From Mobula hypostoma (lineage: Eukaryota), in the NCBI RefSeq assembly GCF_963921235.1, contig NC_086097.1:103604001-103668000 (forward strand): a stretch of 64,000 nt of DNA, written 5' to 3'. The notes under the pieces are model-generated. The model had not been told where the DNA came from, made no database searches, and saw only the letters and a program-made list of their open reading frames with translations. This document shows, in pieces, positions 14,091-26,729 of the stretch; position 1 is the stretch's first letter; each line of letters begins with the position of its first letter. Position numbers and translations under genes: made by a program.

Positions 14091-14624
14091 AACACTAACA
14101 TAAGCATAAAAGATCTTAATAAGGAGGAGAGAAAATTGTCAAATTGAGTTCAAGAGCTGCAAGATGATGTTTTAGCTCAATAACATTGTGGTTAAACCAC
14201 ACAGAGTATTGTGTTCCATTCTGGAAGCTTTAGAGAAAGTACAAAGGAGATTTACCAGGAAACTTTCTGGATTGGAGAATGTGTCTTATGAAGAAAGGTT
14301 GCATCCTTTCCTCATAAGACCCTAAACACATGTAACATTAGATCATTTTTCTCAATAAATAAATGAACAAGTATAACATCTTTTGTGTTATTTATTTAAT
14401 TAGGTTCTCTTTATCTAGTTTTAGGACTTGCGTGAAGATCTGATCATGTTTTAGGTCATATTTATGCAGAAATGGAGAAAATTCCATAGGGTTCACAAAT
14501 TTTCTAGCATCATTGTACTCCACGATCACTCTAAACATAGAATATATTGTACTGTTTGGTTTTAAATTCCAAATATATTTTGAAAATGGCAACAAAATAC
14601 ATTGAATCAATTCAAAAATCTTAC

Positions 14625-14804
14625 CCTGAGATAATAAAGACAAACACCTGTACTTAATATATCCTCATCCACTGCTATTAAATGAGGTAACTGGGAGGCA
14701 ACAATGACTCCTGTTTTCCTTCTGTTTATGTCCACATAATATTCCTCCATGATTGCTTTTGTGTCTTTCCATCTGTCTGTCCAGTCTTTGGTAAGCTGAT
14801 CCAC
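14625..14804 (-). CDS. STARD9: STARD9 coding exon VDQLTKDWTDRW...LPHLIAVDEDILSTGVCLYYLR
   Basis: Acceptor ctttcttAG, donor GTaaga, 180 nt, phase 0/0. Kinesin-3 pre-FHA motif LPHL..DD.LSTG..LY.L. Confidence 0.95.
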
Positions 14805-14858
14805 CTAAGAAAGATTACAGTAATACCTGATGTCAGTATTTCCTGAGACAAATTAATA

Positions 14859-15780
14859 ACCATAAGACCATAAGACAAAGGAGCAGAAGTCGGCCATTCG
14901 GCCCATCGAGTCTCCTCCGCCATTTTATCATGAGCTGATCCATTCTCCTATTTAGTCCCACTCCCCCGCCTTCTCACCAATCTCTGCCTTAAATACACCC
15001 AATGACTTGGCCTCCACTGCTGCCCGTGGCAACAAATTCCATAGATTCACCACCCTCTGACTAAAAAAATTTCTTCGCATTTCTGTTCTGAATGGGCGCC
15101 CTTCAATCCTTAAGTCATGCCCTCTTGTATTAGACTCGCCCATCATGGGAAACAACTTTGCCACATCCACTCTGTCCATGCCTTTCAACATTCGAAATGT
15201 TTCTATGAGGTCCCCCCTCATTCTTCTAAACTCCAAGAGCGGACAAACGTTTCTCATATGTTAACCCTCTCATTCCCAAAATCATTCTAGTGAATCTTCT
15301 CTGTACCCTCTCCAACGTCAGCACATCCTTTCTTAAATAAGGAGACCAAAACTGCCCACAGTACTCCAAGTGAGGTCTCACCAGCGCCTTACAGAGCCTC
15401 AACATCACATCCCTGCTCCTATACTCTATTCCTCTAGAAATGATTGCATTCGCCTTCTTCACTACCGACTCAACCTGGAGGTTAACCTTAAGGGTATCCT
15501 GTACGAGGACTCCCAAGTCCCATTGCATCTCAGAACTTTGAATTCTTTCCCCATTTATAATAATAGTCTGCCCGTTTATTTTTTCTGCCAAAGTGCATAA
15601 CCATACACTTTCCAACATTGTACCTCATTTGCCACTTCTTTGCCCATTCTTCCAACCTATCCAAGTCTCTCTGCAGACTCACTGTTTCCTCAGCACTACC
15701 GGCCCCTCCACATATCTTCATATCTTAGCAACAAAGCCATCTATTCCATAATCCAAATCGTTGAAGTACAATGTAAAAAG
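14859..15780 (-). mobile_element. CR1 LINE 3' portion
   Basis: LVRPHLEYCGQFWSP and RNFFSQRVVNLWN; ccataagaccataagac tail about 55 nt from the exon acceptor. Confidence 0.9.
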
Positions 15781-16982
15781 AAGATTGAGGAAAAGTGTGA
15801 GGTAACATACTTGAGAGCAAATTAGTTATTTTCTGTTTTTGTTATGGAACATTTTCTTATGCAGTTGCTAGAGATGCAAAACATCTTATTTTACTTCCTA
15901 CTATGTAGACACGCAAAACAGCCCTTCCATGCGAACACAGCAATTCATCTGCACTACTTCCAGTTTAGTGAATTGCATTCAATGTTCTAAATGTGGTTCC
16001 CCCACACCAACCAACAAATGCTGATTGAGTAATAATTCTGCAGAATATCTTTTCTCATTCCACAAATGTGACCTTGAGCTTCCAGTCTTCATTCACTTCA
16101 ATTTGCTGTTCAATTCCCTCTCTGATTTCTTTGCCTTCTCTGTCATCTTTCATATGCCCCTTAAAGTATACTATTTCTCTACTCCACATGCTCCAACTGA
16201 TGCAACTTCAACCCAACCATTCCAAGTGTTTGACAAGAACAGACCATTCTGCCCAACAAGGCTTGCCAAATTTCTATTCACATGGTGTGTTGAAATAACT
16301 ATTGAGTTTAGATTTGAAAGACTTTTAAGGTACTACTGTCAACTATACAACCAGGTAGTTTGTTCCATGTGTCCACAACTTGCTGTGTAAAGAAATGCTC
16401 CCTGATGTTAGTCTGAAATCACCCTTTAACCAGTCTTCACCAATGGCCCTGTATCTTCATTGATGCATCTGGACCAGATGGAAAAATGGGCTGAAAAATG
16501 GCAAATGGAATTTAATGCAGACAAGTACGAGATGTTGCACCTTGGTAGGACCAACCAGGGTAAATCTTACACAGTGAGCAGTAAGGGACTGAGGAGTGCA
16601 GTAAAATAGGATTTGGGAATACAGATCCATAATTCCTTGAAAGTGGGATCACAGGTAGATAGGTATAAAGAAAGCTTATGACACACAGGCTTTCATAAAT
16701 CAATGTTTTGTGTAAGGAGTTTGGATGTTATGGTGAAATTGTATAAGACATTGATGAGGTCTAATTTGGAGTATTATGTGCAGTCTTGGTCATCGACCTA
16801 CAGGAAAGATCTAAATAAGATTGCAGAGAATATTTACAAGGACATTGCTGGGGCTTGAGGACTGGATATGGTTGAATACCTTATTCCCTAAAACAAAGAA
16901 GAATGAGGGGAGATTTGATAAAGGTACCCACAACTTCTTGAGAAGTTTTTTTCCCTCCATAACATGCCAATAAATAACCAAC

Positions 16983-17063
16983 CTTCAGTTCATTTTGAAG
17001 TAGTATTTCTGTGAGGCTTCCATCTTTCTCATCATTTTCATCACTTAGGGGACTCAAGTTTCT
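16983..17063 (-). CDS. STARD9: STARD9 coding exon RNLSPLSDENDEKDGSLTEILLQNELK
   Basis: Acceptor ttggcAG, donor GTtggt, 81 nt, phase 0/0. Resembles recalled human RNFSSLSDENLKELVLQNELK. Confidence 0.88.
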
Positions 17064-17539
17064 CTGCCAATAAATCAACGAAGATCAACATTATCAGGTG
17101 CTTTTGGTGCACTAATGACAGCTTGATTGAGTACTCAAATAGAATTGTGACAGTAATCGAACACTGATTTGTGGTGACTGAAAATCTTCACATCTACACT
17201 CCTATCACAACAGTCTTGAAGTTTAAAATGGTTATCCCAATCAAAGAGCATTTTGAGCATAATTCAATGACAAAATTATACAGAAGTACCTCATTAACCA
17301 GTAAAAAAATACTACTTACAATAAGTCTAAGTTATTCCTTGTTTTATCATTGATCATTTTACACTATCGTAATTCTACTTTTCTTCCAGTCCTGAATCAA
17401 CATCTACTTCAGACTGGTTTTAACTCAGCAGCAAAACTTGTATACCCACAGCTGCAGAGCACACCCATCCCCTAAATCAGTCAATGGAGAAAGTCTGTGT
17501 AGATTTACTTCATTGTCTGCACTTAAATTGCATTGTTAG

Positions 17540-17875
17540 TTCACTTGAGGGAGTGTTGAATTGATAAGGAGTGTTGAATTGATAAGGGGTGTTGAATTGA
17601 TAAGGGCATGTGAATTGATACGGTTGAACTGATAAGGGAATCTGTCTGTTCAAATAGGAATGGGACTCCTCTAAGGAGGGCAAGGTATTTCTTCCAGCAA
17701 ATGTTCATTCCACAACCAGCGTCACTTAAAGATACTAAATGGTCACTCATGAGTCAGCCTCTTACATATTTGCCTAAAAAATAACCAAACTTCTTGTAAT
17801 CCCACTGACCTTGAAACTTTTTGTAACATACGAAGCATGTAATGTTTTATAAATGCCAGTCTTTTCTTTTTTCCA
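17540..17875 (+). mobile_element. Ancient DeuSINE (SacSINE/AmnSINE-like) remnant with an internal 18-bp tandem repeat
   Basis: Segments tgagggagtgttg, aatgttcattccacaaccagcgtcact...atggtcact and tataaatgccagtcttttct resemble the recalled Deu-domain and tail. Unit GGAGTGTTGAATTGATAA occurs about 3 times plus degenerate copies at 17550-17640. Confidence 0.5.
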
Positions 17876-17972
17876 TCCTTAAAGTATAGGATGTCATCCA
17901 TGAGAAAGATCAGAAAGCACCCGAGTTGACTGTTATTGGCAACAATAAACAGTTGATCAAAACGCCTGTTAC

Positions 17973-18545
17973 TACGTCTATAAAAAGTATTCACCTCCTT
18001 GGAAGTTATTGTTTTATTGTTTTACAACACTGAATCACAGTGGATTTAATTTGGCTTTTTTGACACTGATCAACAGAAAAAGATTATTTTGTGTCAAAGT
18101 GAAAACGGATCTCTACAAAGTGATCTAAATTAATTACAAATATAAAACACAAAATAATTGATTGCATAAGTATCCACTTCCCCCTTAACATGATATACCA
18201 AATCATCACTGTTGCAGTAATTGTTTTTAGAAGTCATATAATTAGTTAAATGAAGATCTGTTTTGGAGACCTATGTGCAGTCAAATTGCTTCAATTGATT
18301 ATAGTGAAAATACACTGTAATCAATTGTGTATTTTGGAAGGTCCAACTGCTGGTAAGTCAGTATCCTGGCAAAAACTACACTATGAAGACAAAAGAATAC
18401 TCCAAACAACTCCGCAAAAAGGTCATTTAAAAGCACAAGTCAGAAGATAGAAAATTTCCTAGTCACTGAATATCCCTTGGTGTACAGTTAAGGGAATCAT
18501 CAAATGGAAAGAATATGGCACAGCTGTAAATCTGCCCGGAGCTCA
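17973..18545 (+). mobile_element. Tc1-like DNA transposon, 5' half
   Basis: Long TIR (ctataaaaagtattcacc...) matching the reverse complement of 41870-42086; transposase start MKTKEYSKQL at ~18383; truncated against the Gypsy 3' region. Confidence 0.85.
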
Positions 18546-19829
18546 GACGAGTCGCCTGGCTTGGATCCTACGTTCCATGGGTGGAGGAAAGGCAGCTGCC
18601 TGTGGCTCATCCAGAGGTGTGTTGACATGCTCATGGTCATGTCATGACGGCAGGGCCATGGTAGCTGAATCCTCAAAATTTTGGTGGGCTGGTTTAAGGC
18701 CACCTTCTGAAATATGTTTAGATGTATCCTTCTTATTATCTTATCTTATCTTTTCTCCCCATTCTGAAATGCAGAACGGGCCACCATAAGGGGGCCAAAG
18801 GAGATGTTGGCGGATGAAAACAAATGAGGCGGAATGTAGGTCAACAGGAACCCAAGTGTGTTGTACACCACGACGGGAGGTAGGAATAGGAGAAAAGGAA
18901 TTGAATTTACTGAGGAGGGTGGAACACTGTTGACAGGTGGACCAGGTGGTCATGGCATCAGGAATGAAATCACCTGGCACTCGTAATGGATAACCGTACA
19001 CCAATTCGGCCACGGATGACTGCAGGTCCAGTTTTGCGGCTGTTCTGAACCCCAGCAGGATCCACTGGAGATGATCATGCCAACATACATTTGTCAGGAA
19101 GCTCTCAGAACAGCCTTTAAGGAGCGGTGAAACTGCTCACAGAGGCCATTAGACTGCGGGTGATACATCATGGTGTGAAGTAGCCTAAATTCGAGGTTCT
19201 GGGCCATCTGATATGAATTGGTCAAAGGAAATATCAGATGGGGTGCCAAACTGAGCAACCCAGGAGCTGATGAAAGCCCAGCCACGTCTGCAGCCATCGT
19301 CAATGCTGGAGGGGCAATATCTGGGCACCTGCTGGAGGAGGTGCGTAAAACTGCGGGGGGGGGGGAATGGCCAACTAAGTCCACATTGATGTGGTCGAAC
19401 CATCACTCAGGGACCTCAAAAAGTGCCAATGGCACCTGAACATGACCGTTAAATTTTGTCCACTGGCACTCCACAAAGGCTGCAGACCAATCATGCACAT
19501 CTTTCTGAGGCCATGCCAAACAAACTTTAGTGCAACCAATTTCTGTGAGGCCTTTTGGCCTGGATGCAAGAGGCCATGTATGGAGTTGAAAACAGCCCCT
19601 CTCCAGTTTGTGGGCACGATGGGACAAAGGCGACCACACAGGAGAGAAACCCAAATTTCCCCAAACTTAATGTCAGCCAACCACAGACCATGACTGCTGT
19701 TCGGTAAGCCTGGACGTCTGGGTCAAAAATAGCTTGGTCGACTGCCATGCCACTGTACTCAACCTTAGATGCATGGCCTCAAAGGCTGACTGTGAGAGGC
19801 AATCAGCCACGGCATTATTTTTTCACCGT

Positions 19830-22800
19830 AACGCTGTGAAATGGCGACCCTCTAGAAGAAAACAAAAATGGCAGACAATGAGAAGCTCAAACGTGCCGTA
19901 CTGCCTTTCGGAGGAGTGGAGCTGCCAGCTGAAGGCGAGCGGCTGCCACATTCTCCGACCAACAGTTTGTGCACAGCACCCATGGCACAGTCTGAAGCAT
20001 CAGTAGTACCAAGGTTTAAAAACAGACCACCATATACAGCGGGCAGCGTTGTGAGTGGGCAACAGAGTGAGAGAGAGCAGAGTGGGATGGCTTTGACTCA
20101 CCAGTCTTCAGTGAGAACAGGCAGAGGCCAGGGTAGGTTCTGGTAAGATTTTTGTCCAGTTTGTTTGGAGTAGAGAGAATGCCAGGCAGGATGTTAGAAT
20201 GCTCCTTTTGCAGGATGTGGGAAGTCAGGGTGCCCTCCGGTGTCCCTGACAACGACACCTGCAAGAAGTGCATCCAGCTGCAGCTCCTAACAAACCGCGT
20301 TAGGGAACTGGAGCAGGAGCTGGATGACCTCCGGATCATTCGGGAGAATGAGGAGATTATAGATAGTAGCTACAGGGAGGTAGTTACGCCAAAGGAGCAG
20401 AGGACAGGAAACTGGGTCACTGTCAGGCGAGGGAAGAGGAAATGGCAGACAGAGCAGGGTTCCCCTGTGGCCATTCCCCACAACAACAAGTATACTGTAT
20501 TGGATACTGTTGGGGGGAGATGACTTACCTGGGACAAGCTGCAGTAGCCGGATCTCTGGCACTGAGTCTGGTTCTGCAGTGCAGAAGGGAGGGTGGAAAA
20601 AGAGGAGAGTGGTAGTGATAGGGGACTCGATAGTTAGAGGTGCAGATAGAAGGTTCTGTGGTCGTGACAGAGAATCCAGGATGGTTTGTTGCCTCCCAGG
20701 TGCCTGGATCAAGGATGTCTCTGATCACTTGCATGACATTCTGAAGTGGGAGGGTGATCAGCCAGATGTCGTGGTGCACATCGGTACCAATGACATAGCA
20801 AGGAAGAGTGAGGAGGTCCTGGAGAGTGAGTATAGAGAGCTTGGTAGGAAGTTGAAAAGCAGGACCTTGAGAGTGGTAATCTCAGGATTGCTACCTGTGC
20901 TACGTGCCAGTGAGGGTAAGAATAGGATGCTCTGGAGGATGAACAAGTGGCTGAGGAACTGGTGTAGGGGGCAGGGTTTCAGATTTCAGGATCATTGGGA
21001 CCTCTTCTGGGGCAGGTGGGACCTGTACAAGAGAGATGGGTTGCACTTGAACTACAAGGGGACCAATATCCTTTCAGGGAGGTTTGTTAGTGCTATTGCG
21101 GAGGCTTTAAACTAGATTTGCAGGGGGATGGGAACCAGGGTGCCAGAGCTGACAGTGTGGCTGGGGTGAAAATAAATGATGTTAAACGTTCAAGCAAATC
21201 CGCTAATAGAAAGGTTGTGAGTGGTGGTAAAAATCTTCTGAGGTGTGTATATTTCAATGCTAGGAGTATTGCAGGGAAGGCAGACGAGTTGAGGACGTGG
21301 ATTGACACGTGAAATTATGATGTTATAGCAATTAGTGAAACTTGGCTACAGGAGGGGCAGGACTGGCAGCTTAATATTCCAGGGTTCCGATGTTTCAGAT
21401 GTGATAGAGGCAAAGGAATGAAAGATGGGGGGGGGTGGGGAAGTAGCATTGCTTGTCAGGGAAAATGTTGCAGCAGTGCTCAGGCAGGACAGATTAGAGG
21501 ACTTGTCTACTGAGTCCTTATGGGTGGAGCTGAGAAACAGGAAAGGTATGGCCACATTAGTGGTGTTGTATTATAGACCACCCAATAGTCAGCGAGAATT
21601 GGAGGAGCAAATTTGCAGAGAGATAGCAGGCAACTGCAGGAAACATAAAGTTGTGGTGGTAGGGGATTTTAATTTTCCACATATAGATTGGGACTCCCAT
21701 ACTGTTAGGGGTCTAGATGGTTTAGAGTTTGTAAAATGTGTTCAGGAAAGTTTTCTAAATCAATATGTAAAGTTACCAACTAGAGGGGATGCAATATTGG
21801 ATCTCCTGTTAGGAAACAAGTTAGGACAAGTGACAGAAGTGTGTGTAGGGGAGCACTTTGGTTCCAGTATTCATAACACCATTAGTTTCAACTTGATCAT
21901 GGACAAGGATAGATCTGGTCCTAGGGTTGAGGTTCTGAACTGGAAGAAGGCCAAATTTGAAGAAATGAGAAAGGATCTAAAAAGCGTGGATTGGGACAGG
22001 TTGTTCTCTGGCAAGGATGTGATCGGTAAGTGGGAAGCCTTCAAAGGAGAAATTTTGAGAGTGCAGAGCTTGTATGTTCCTGTCAGGGTTAAAGGCAAAG
22101 TGAATAGGAATAAGGAACCTTGGTTCTCAAGGGATATTGCAACTCTGATAAAGAAGACGAGAGTTGTATGACATGTATAGGAAACAGGGAGTAAATAAGG
22201 TGCTTGAGGAGTATAAAAAGTGCAAGAAAATACTTAAGAAGGAAATCAGGAGGGCTAAAAGAAGACATGAGGTTGCCTTGGCAGTCAAAGTGAAGAATAA
22301 TCCAAACAGCTTTTACAGGTATATTAAGAGTAAAAGGATTGTAAGGGATAAAATTGGTCCTCTTGAAGATCAGAGTGGTCGGCTATGTGTGGAAGCAAAA
22401 GAAATGGGGGAAATCTTAAATTTTTTTTTGCATCTGTATTTACTAAGGAAACTGGCATGAAGTCTATGGAATTCAGGGAAACAAGTAGTGAGATCATGGA
22501 AACTGTACAGATTGAAAAGGAGGAGGTGCTTGCTATCTTGAGGCAAATTAAAGTGGATAAATCCCCAGGACCTGACAGGATATTCCCTCGGACCTTGAAG
22601 GAGACTAGTGTTGAAATTGCAGGGACCCTGGCAGATGTATTTAAAATGTCAGTGTCTACGGGTGAGGTGCCGGAGGATTGGAGAGTGGCTTATGTTGTTC
22701 TGTTGTTTAAAAAAGGATCGAAAAGTAATCCGGGAAATTATTGGCCGGTAAATTTGACGTCGGTAGTGGGTAAGTTATTGGAGGGAGTACTAAGAGACAG

Positions 22801-23803
22801 AATCTACAAGCACTTGGATAGACAGGGACTTATTAGGGAGAATCGACATGGCTTTGTGCGTGGTAGTGGATGTTGTCTACATGGACGTCAGTAAGGCCTT
22901 TGACAAGGTCCCGCATGGGAGGTTAGTTAGGAAAATTCAGTCACTAGGTATACGTGGAGAGGTAGTAAATTGGATTAGACATTGGCTCAATGGAAGAAGC
23001 CAAAGAGTGGTAGTAGAGAATTGCTTCTCCGAGTGAAGGCCTGTGACTACTGGTGTGCCACAGGGATCAGTGTTGGGTCCATTGTTATTTGTCATCTATA
23101 TCAATGATCTGGATGATAATGTGCTAAATTGGATCAGCAAATTTGCTGATGATACAAAGATTGGAGGTGTAGTGGACAGTGAGGAAGGGTTTCAAAGCTT
23201 GCAAAGGGACTTGGACCAGCTGGAAAAATGGGCTGAAAAATGGCAGATGGAGTTTAATACAGACAAGTGTGAGGTATTGCACTTTGGAAGGACAAACCAA
23301 GGTAGAACATACAGGGTAAATGGTAAGGCACTGAGGAGTGCAGTAGAACAGAGGGATCTGGGAATACAGATACAAAATTCCCTAAAAGTGGCGTCACAGG
23401 TAGATAGGGTCGTAAGGAGAGCTTTTGGTACATTGGCCTTTATAAATCAAAGTATTGAGTATAAGAGCTGGAATGTTATGGTGAGGTTGTATAAGGCATT
23501 GGTGAGGCCGAATCTGGAGTATTGTGTTCAGTTCTGGTCACCAAATTACAGGAAGGATATTAATAAAGTTGAAAGAGTGCAGAGAAGGTATACAAGGATG
23601 TTGCCGGGACTTGAGAAACTGAGTTACAGAGAAAGGTTGAATAGGTTAGGACTTTATTCCCTGGAGGGTAGAAGAATGAGGGGAAATTTGATAGAGGTAT
23701 ATAAAACTATGATGGGTATAGATAGACTAGGCAGAAAATGGTTCGGCACAGCCAAGAAGGGCCAAAAGGCCTGTTTCTGTGCTGTAGTTTTTCTAAGGTT
23801 TCT
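19830..23803 (+). mobile_element. Near full-length CR1 LINE (ORF1 zinc finger plus SGNH esterase 20179-21115; ORF2 EN+RT ~21118-23720, frameshifted)
   Basis: CSFC...CKKC finger; GDS/VHIGTND/DGLHLN esterase motifs; [24 protein letters not shown]; tail ctgtagtttttctaaggtttcta. 5' boundary approximate. Confidence 0.93.
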
Positions 23804-25549
23804 AGTAAAGGCGATAGGTGCATGGGGAGCAGGTACATCTGTAGGGTCGCTTTGGAAAGAGCTTCCTTGTATCATCAAATGCCCTGATCATGTCTGCTGA
23901 CCAGTCAAGTACATGATGAGGAGCATAAATTCACGGAATGAAGCAATGATAGAAATTCAGCGTGCCTAAAATCTCCTGTAGTTTTTTAGTAGTAATCCAT
24001 ATTATGGTAGGTAATCCATAATAGTGGCTACTTTAGATGAGAGGGGTTTCACACCTTCTGTGGGGATGTGATGGCTGAGAAAGTCAATGATTGATAACCC
24101 AAACTGGAATTTAGTAGGATTAATAATCAATCCCTGTTGACTTGAGCACTCGAAAAGTGTGCAGAAATGAGATACGTGTTCTGATTTGGAGGCATTGACG
24201 ATAGGTATGTCATCCAGGTAATCAAAAAGAAAGTCTAAGTCTTTTAATACAGAGCCCATCAGCCGTTGGAAAATCTGTGCTGCATTTTTCAGCCTAAATG
24301 GCATGAGCAGAAACTCAAATAGGCCAAACGGGGTTATCATAGCCGTTTAGGAAACGTGGTGCATGCGCTTGACAGAGTCATTGTGGGGAATTTACTGCTG
24401 GAGCAGGGTAAAGACTCAAAGTCCTTGACATCCACCATCCACAAGCCACCAATTTTTAAGACTGACCAACAGTCCTTGGGCTCACAGGAGATCTGCACCG
24501 AGCAGAGGTCCAGACACTTTAGCCAGGATAAAGTCCCATTCATAACGCCACCTTCTGAAGCAGAGTGTCACCCGTTGTGTCCCGGTCTGGATCTCGGCAG
24601 TCTCTAGCAAGGTTTCGTTGCTTTTTCCCTTTTCATCAATAAGCGATGCTGGCAGCACACTTACTTGAGCACCTGTGTATCACAGGAAGCATCACCCTAA
24701 CAGGGTACTTGTCATGAACAGCAGACATCCCTGGCAGCTGGAACCCATGGTGTTCTCAGACCTCTGAGGTCCTGATGCACTGGCACTGTCAAGTTACAAG
24801 GCGGTCAGCATTTTCTCGTGTTCCTACCAAAGCGAGCATGATAAAACACAGAACTGGTGTCATCTCTTTCTCAGCTGCTGGCGTCCTTATGATGAGGGCC
24901 TTGCTGACCAAACCTATTGAGGTAGAGAAAGGAGGAGGAATGATGTACTGCAGCCTCGCCAAATGTAGAAAATCAGCCATCTTGGCAACCTCCCTATAGT
25001 CCTTCATGGATGCATTAGCGAGGGCTATGTGAACGAGCAGGCACTTACTGCACGAAGAGTTCTTTAAAAATAGAACAAGGACAGTGATTTCCCAGGAGAG
25101 ATAGCATGTGGTCCATTAGCTCTAAAGGCCTAGCATCACTGAGAACGAGTAAAGAGAGCAACTGTTTGGTGTGCTCAGACTCTGACAGTCCAAAAGTCTG
25201 TAAAAGCTGAGTTTTCAGCAATCGGTATTTATCACATACAGGCAGGTGTTCTAGTAGACTCACCATTCTCACAGCCAGGATTTGCTGAGCGATGCTACCA
25301 CGTAGAATATTCGGTGTTGTCAGCGGAGATATCTCGCAGCATGAATTGGGCCTCGGCTTCTACAAACCAAGCATTGGCATTTTTCTCCCAAACTCCGCAA
25401 GTTTCAAAGCAACTGCATTGGCCGTCATGTTTAATAACTCTGGAATTGTCCCAGAGCATCAGGGTCATCAACGTAGGTAAAACAACAGAGGCATTTTATG
25501 TTTAAGTTGTAGCAGCTCTTAGACATAAAATCCCTCCAAAGAAAGCTGG

Positions 25550-26380
25550 GCAAAGTTAAGACGGCGCTAAACAGCGACTCCTTTGCTTGCATCTTTGGAA
25601 ACAGCTTTAATTCTATCTTTGATATCTCTTTTTTTTCCTGTCAGGGTGTAGGGGGTTCTTTCGAAGACCCTGACCTGGAGTTACACTCTGACTTTGAATC
25701 TTTGCAGGAATGGGACCCGCTCTCAGGGCCTCACGACCAGCCGCTTTTTGATATCCCAAGGATGCGGCCTGGAAGACGAGCACGCCTTCAGGGTTCCGAC
25801 AGTTCGTGGCTCTGGGGATGGGCTGATTCTAGGCCAGTGCCCCTGACTGAAGCATTGCAGGAGAACACGGAACATTGGGAGCAGCAGGTTAGCTGCTGTG
25901 GGTTGTGTGGCCAGAGAGCTGCGTCTTTTTGGTGCCCACTCTCCGGGCGCAGAGCTCAGAAAAAGTGACACAAGAGAATTTTAACATTGTAAATCAGAGA
26001 GTTATTTGTAATGGGGACACTTATTTTTCCCTTATTAGGGAGAGAGAGTCTGTGGTATGTCAATTATCAGGTGAACGAGTAGTTTTTGGGTACTGCAAGC
26101 CTGTGTCTTTATTGATGATTTGCTGCACACCTAAGTGCTCAGTGGAAGGTGCTGATGCTTTTTTGCTGTTGCAGTGGGGGGGGGGGGATTTGTTCCTTGT
26201 TGCTGCTTGTGCGTGGGGGAGGGAATTGGGGGAGAGCTTTGGGATGCTAATGTTTTAACTGTCATTCATTCTTTGGGGCACTCCTCTGTTTTCATGGATG
26301 TCTGTGAAGAAAAAGAATTTCAGGATGTATATTGTATGCATTTCTCTGACATTAAATGCACCTATTGAAACCTACTGAAA
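25550..26380 (+). mobile_element. Non-autonomous LINE-derived element with a Rex1-like 3' end
   Basis: GC-rich head (aagacggcgc...), no RT ORF. 3' end aagaatttcaggatgtatattg...attaaa...ttgaaacc resembles the Rex1-type tail at 59895-59970. Confidence 0.5.
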
Positions 26381-26729
26381 TTCATCATGTCAGACCTGCC
26401 TCTTAAAGTGAACCCCAACCCAATGTTAGTGGTTGTGACTTCTGTATGTTTCCACCAATTACATTACCCTACAATATAACCATTTTGTACAAGAACATCT
26501 AAATATCATGATGTCCCCTCATATTATCTGTAAACTGTTCTCTGCTTTCAATTCTTGTTAACAAGTATCACATACCTCAATATAATTCATCATCAATTAT
26601 CTTAACTACTATTGAACTAATCTATGTCCCTTCCATTCACCCAACAATTTCTTAACCAAAAATGCTTTGAATATATGCAAGCATGGGTGCTAAGGGAAAA
26701 GATCAGAAGAAATCCAGCAGGTTACTGAT

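Larger units (their letters stand above)
18550..26473 (-). mobile_element. Decayed Gypsy/Ty3 LTR retrotransposon (gag ~25430-24700, RT ~24340-23810, integrase ~19820-18650), split by a CR1 and a non-autonomous LINE
   Basis: RT TPFGLFEFLLMPFRLKNAAQIFQR...YLDD; integrase YHPQSNGLCEQFHRSLK and GPY/F-like PPYGGPF; gag NAVALKLAEF..AWFVEAEAQF. tRNA-Trp-like PBS at 25457-25470; putative 5' LTR starting TGTA at 26473. No 3' LTR found. Confidence 0.8.

Noticed and set aside
17545..17640. Short direct repeats as a CRISPR-like array
   Set aside because: Head-to-tail 18-bp units without spacers in a vertebrate intron; a simple tandem repeat.
20510..21115. SGNH/GDSL esterase as a host or horizontally acquired enzyme
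   Set aside because: A known component of CR1 ORF1; it lies directly upstream of CR1 ORF2.
22855..22875. 68-nt deletion in the CR1 (relative to 29234-29301) bounded by GT...AG, resembling a spliced intron
   Set aside because: The deleted part is purine-rich with no polypyrimidine tract, and GGTAG/GGCAG microhomology explains it.
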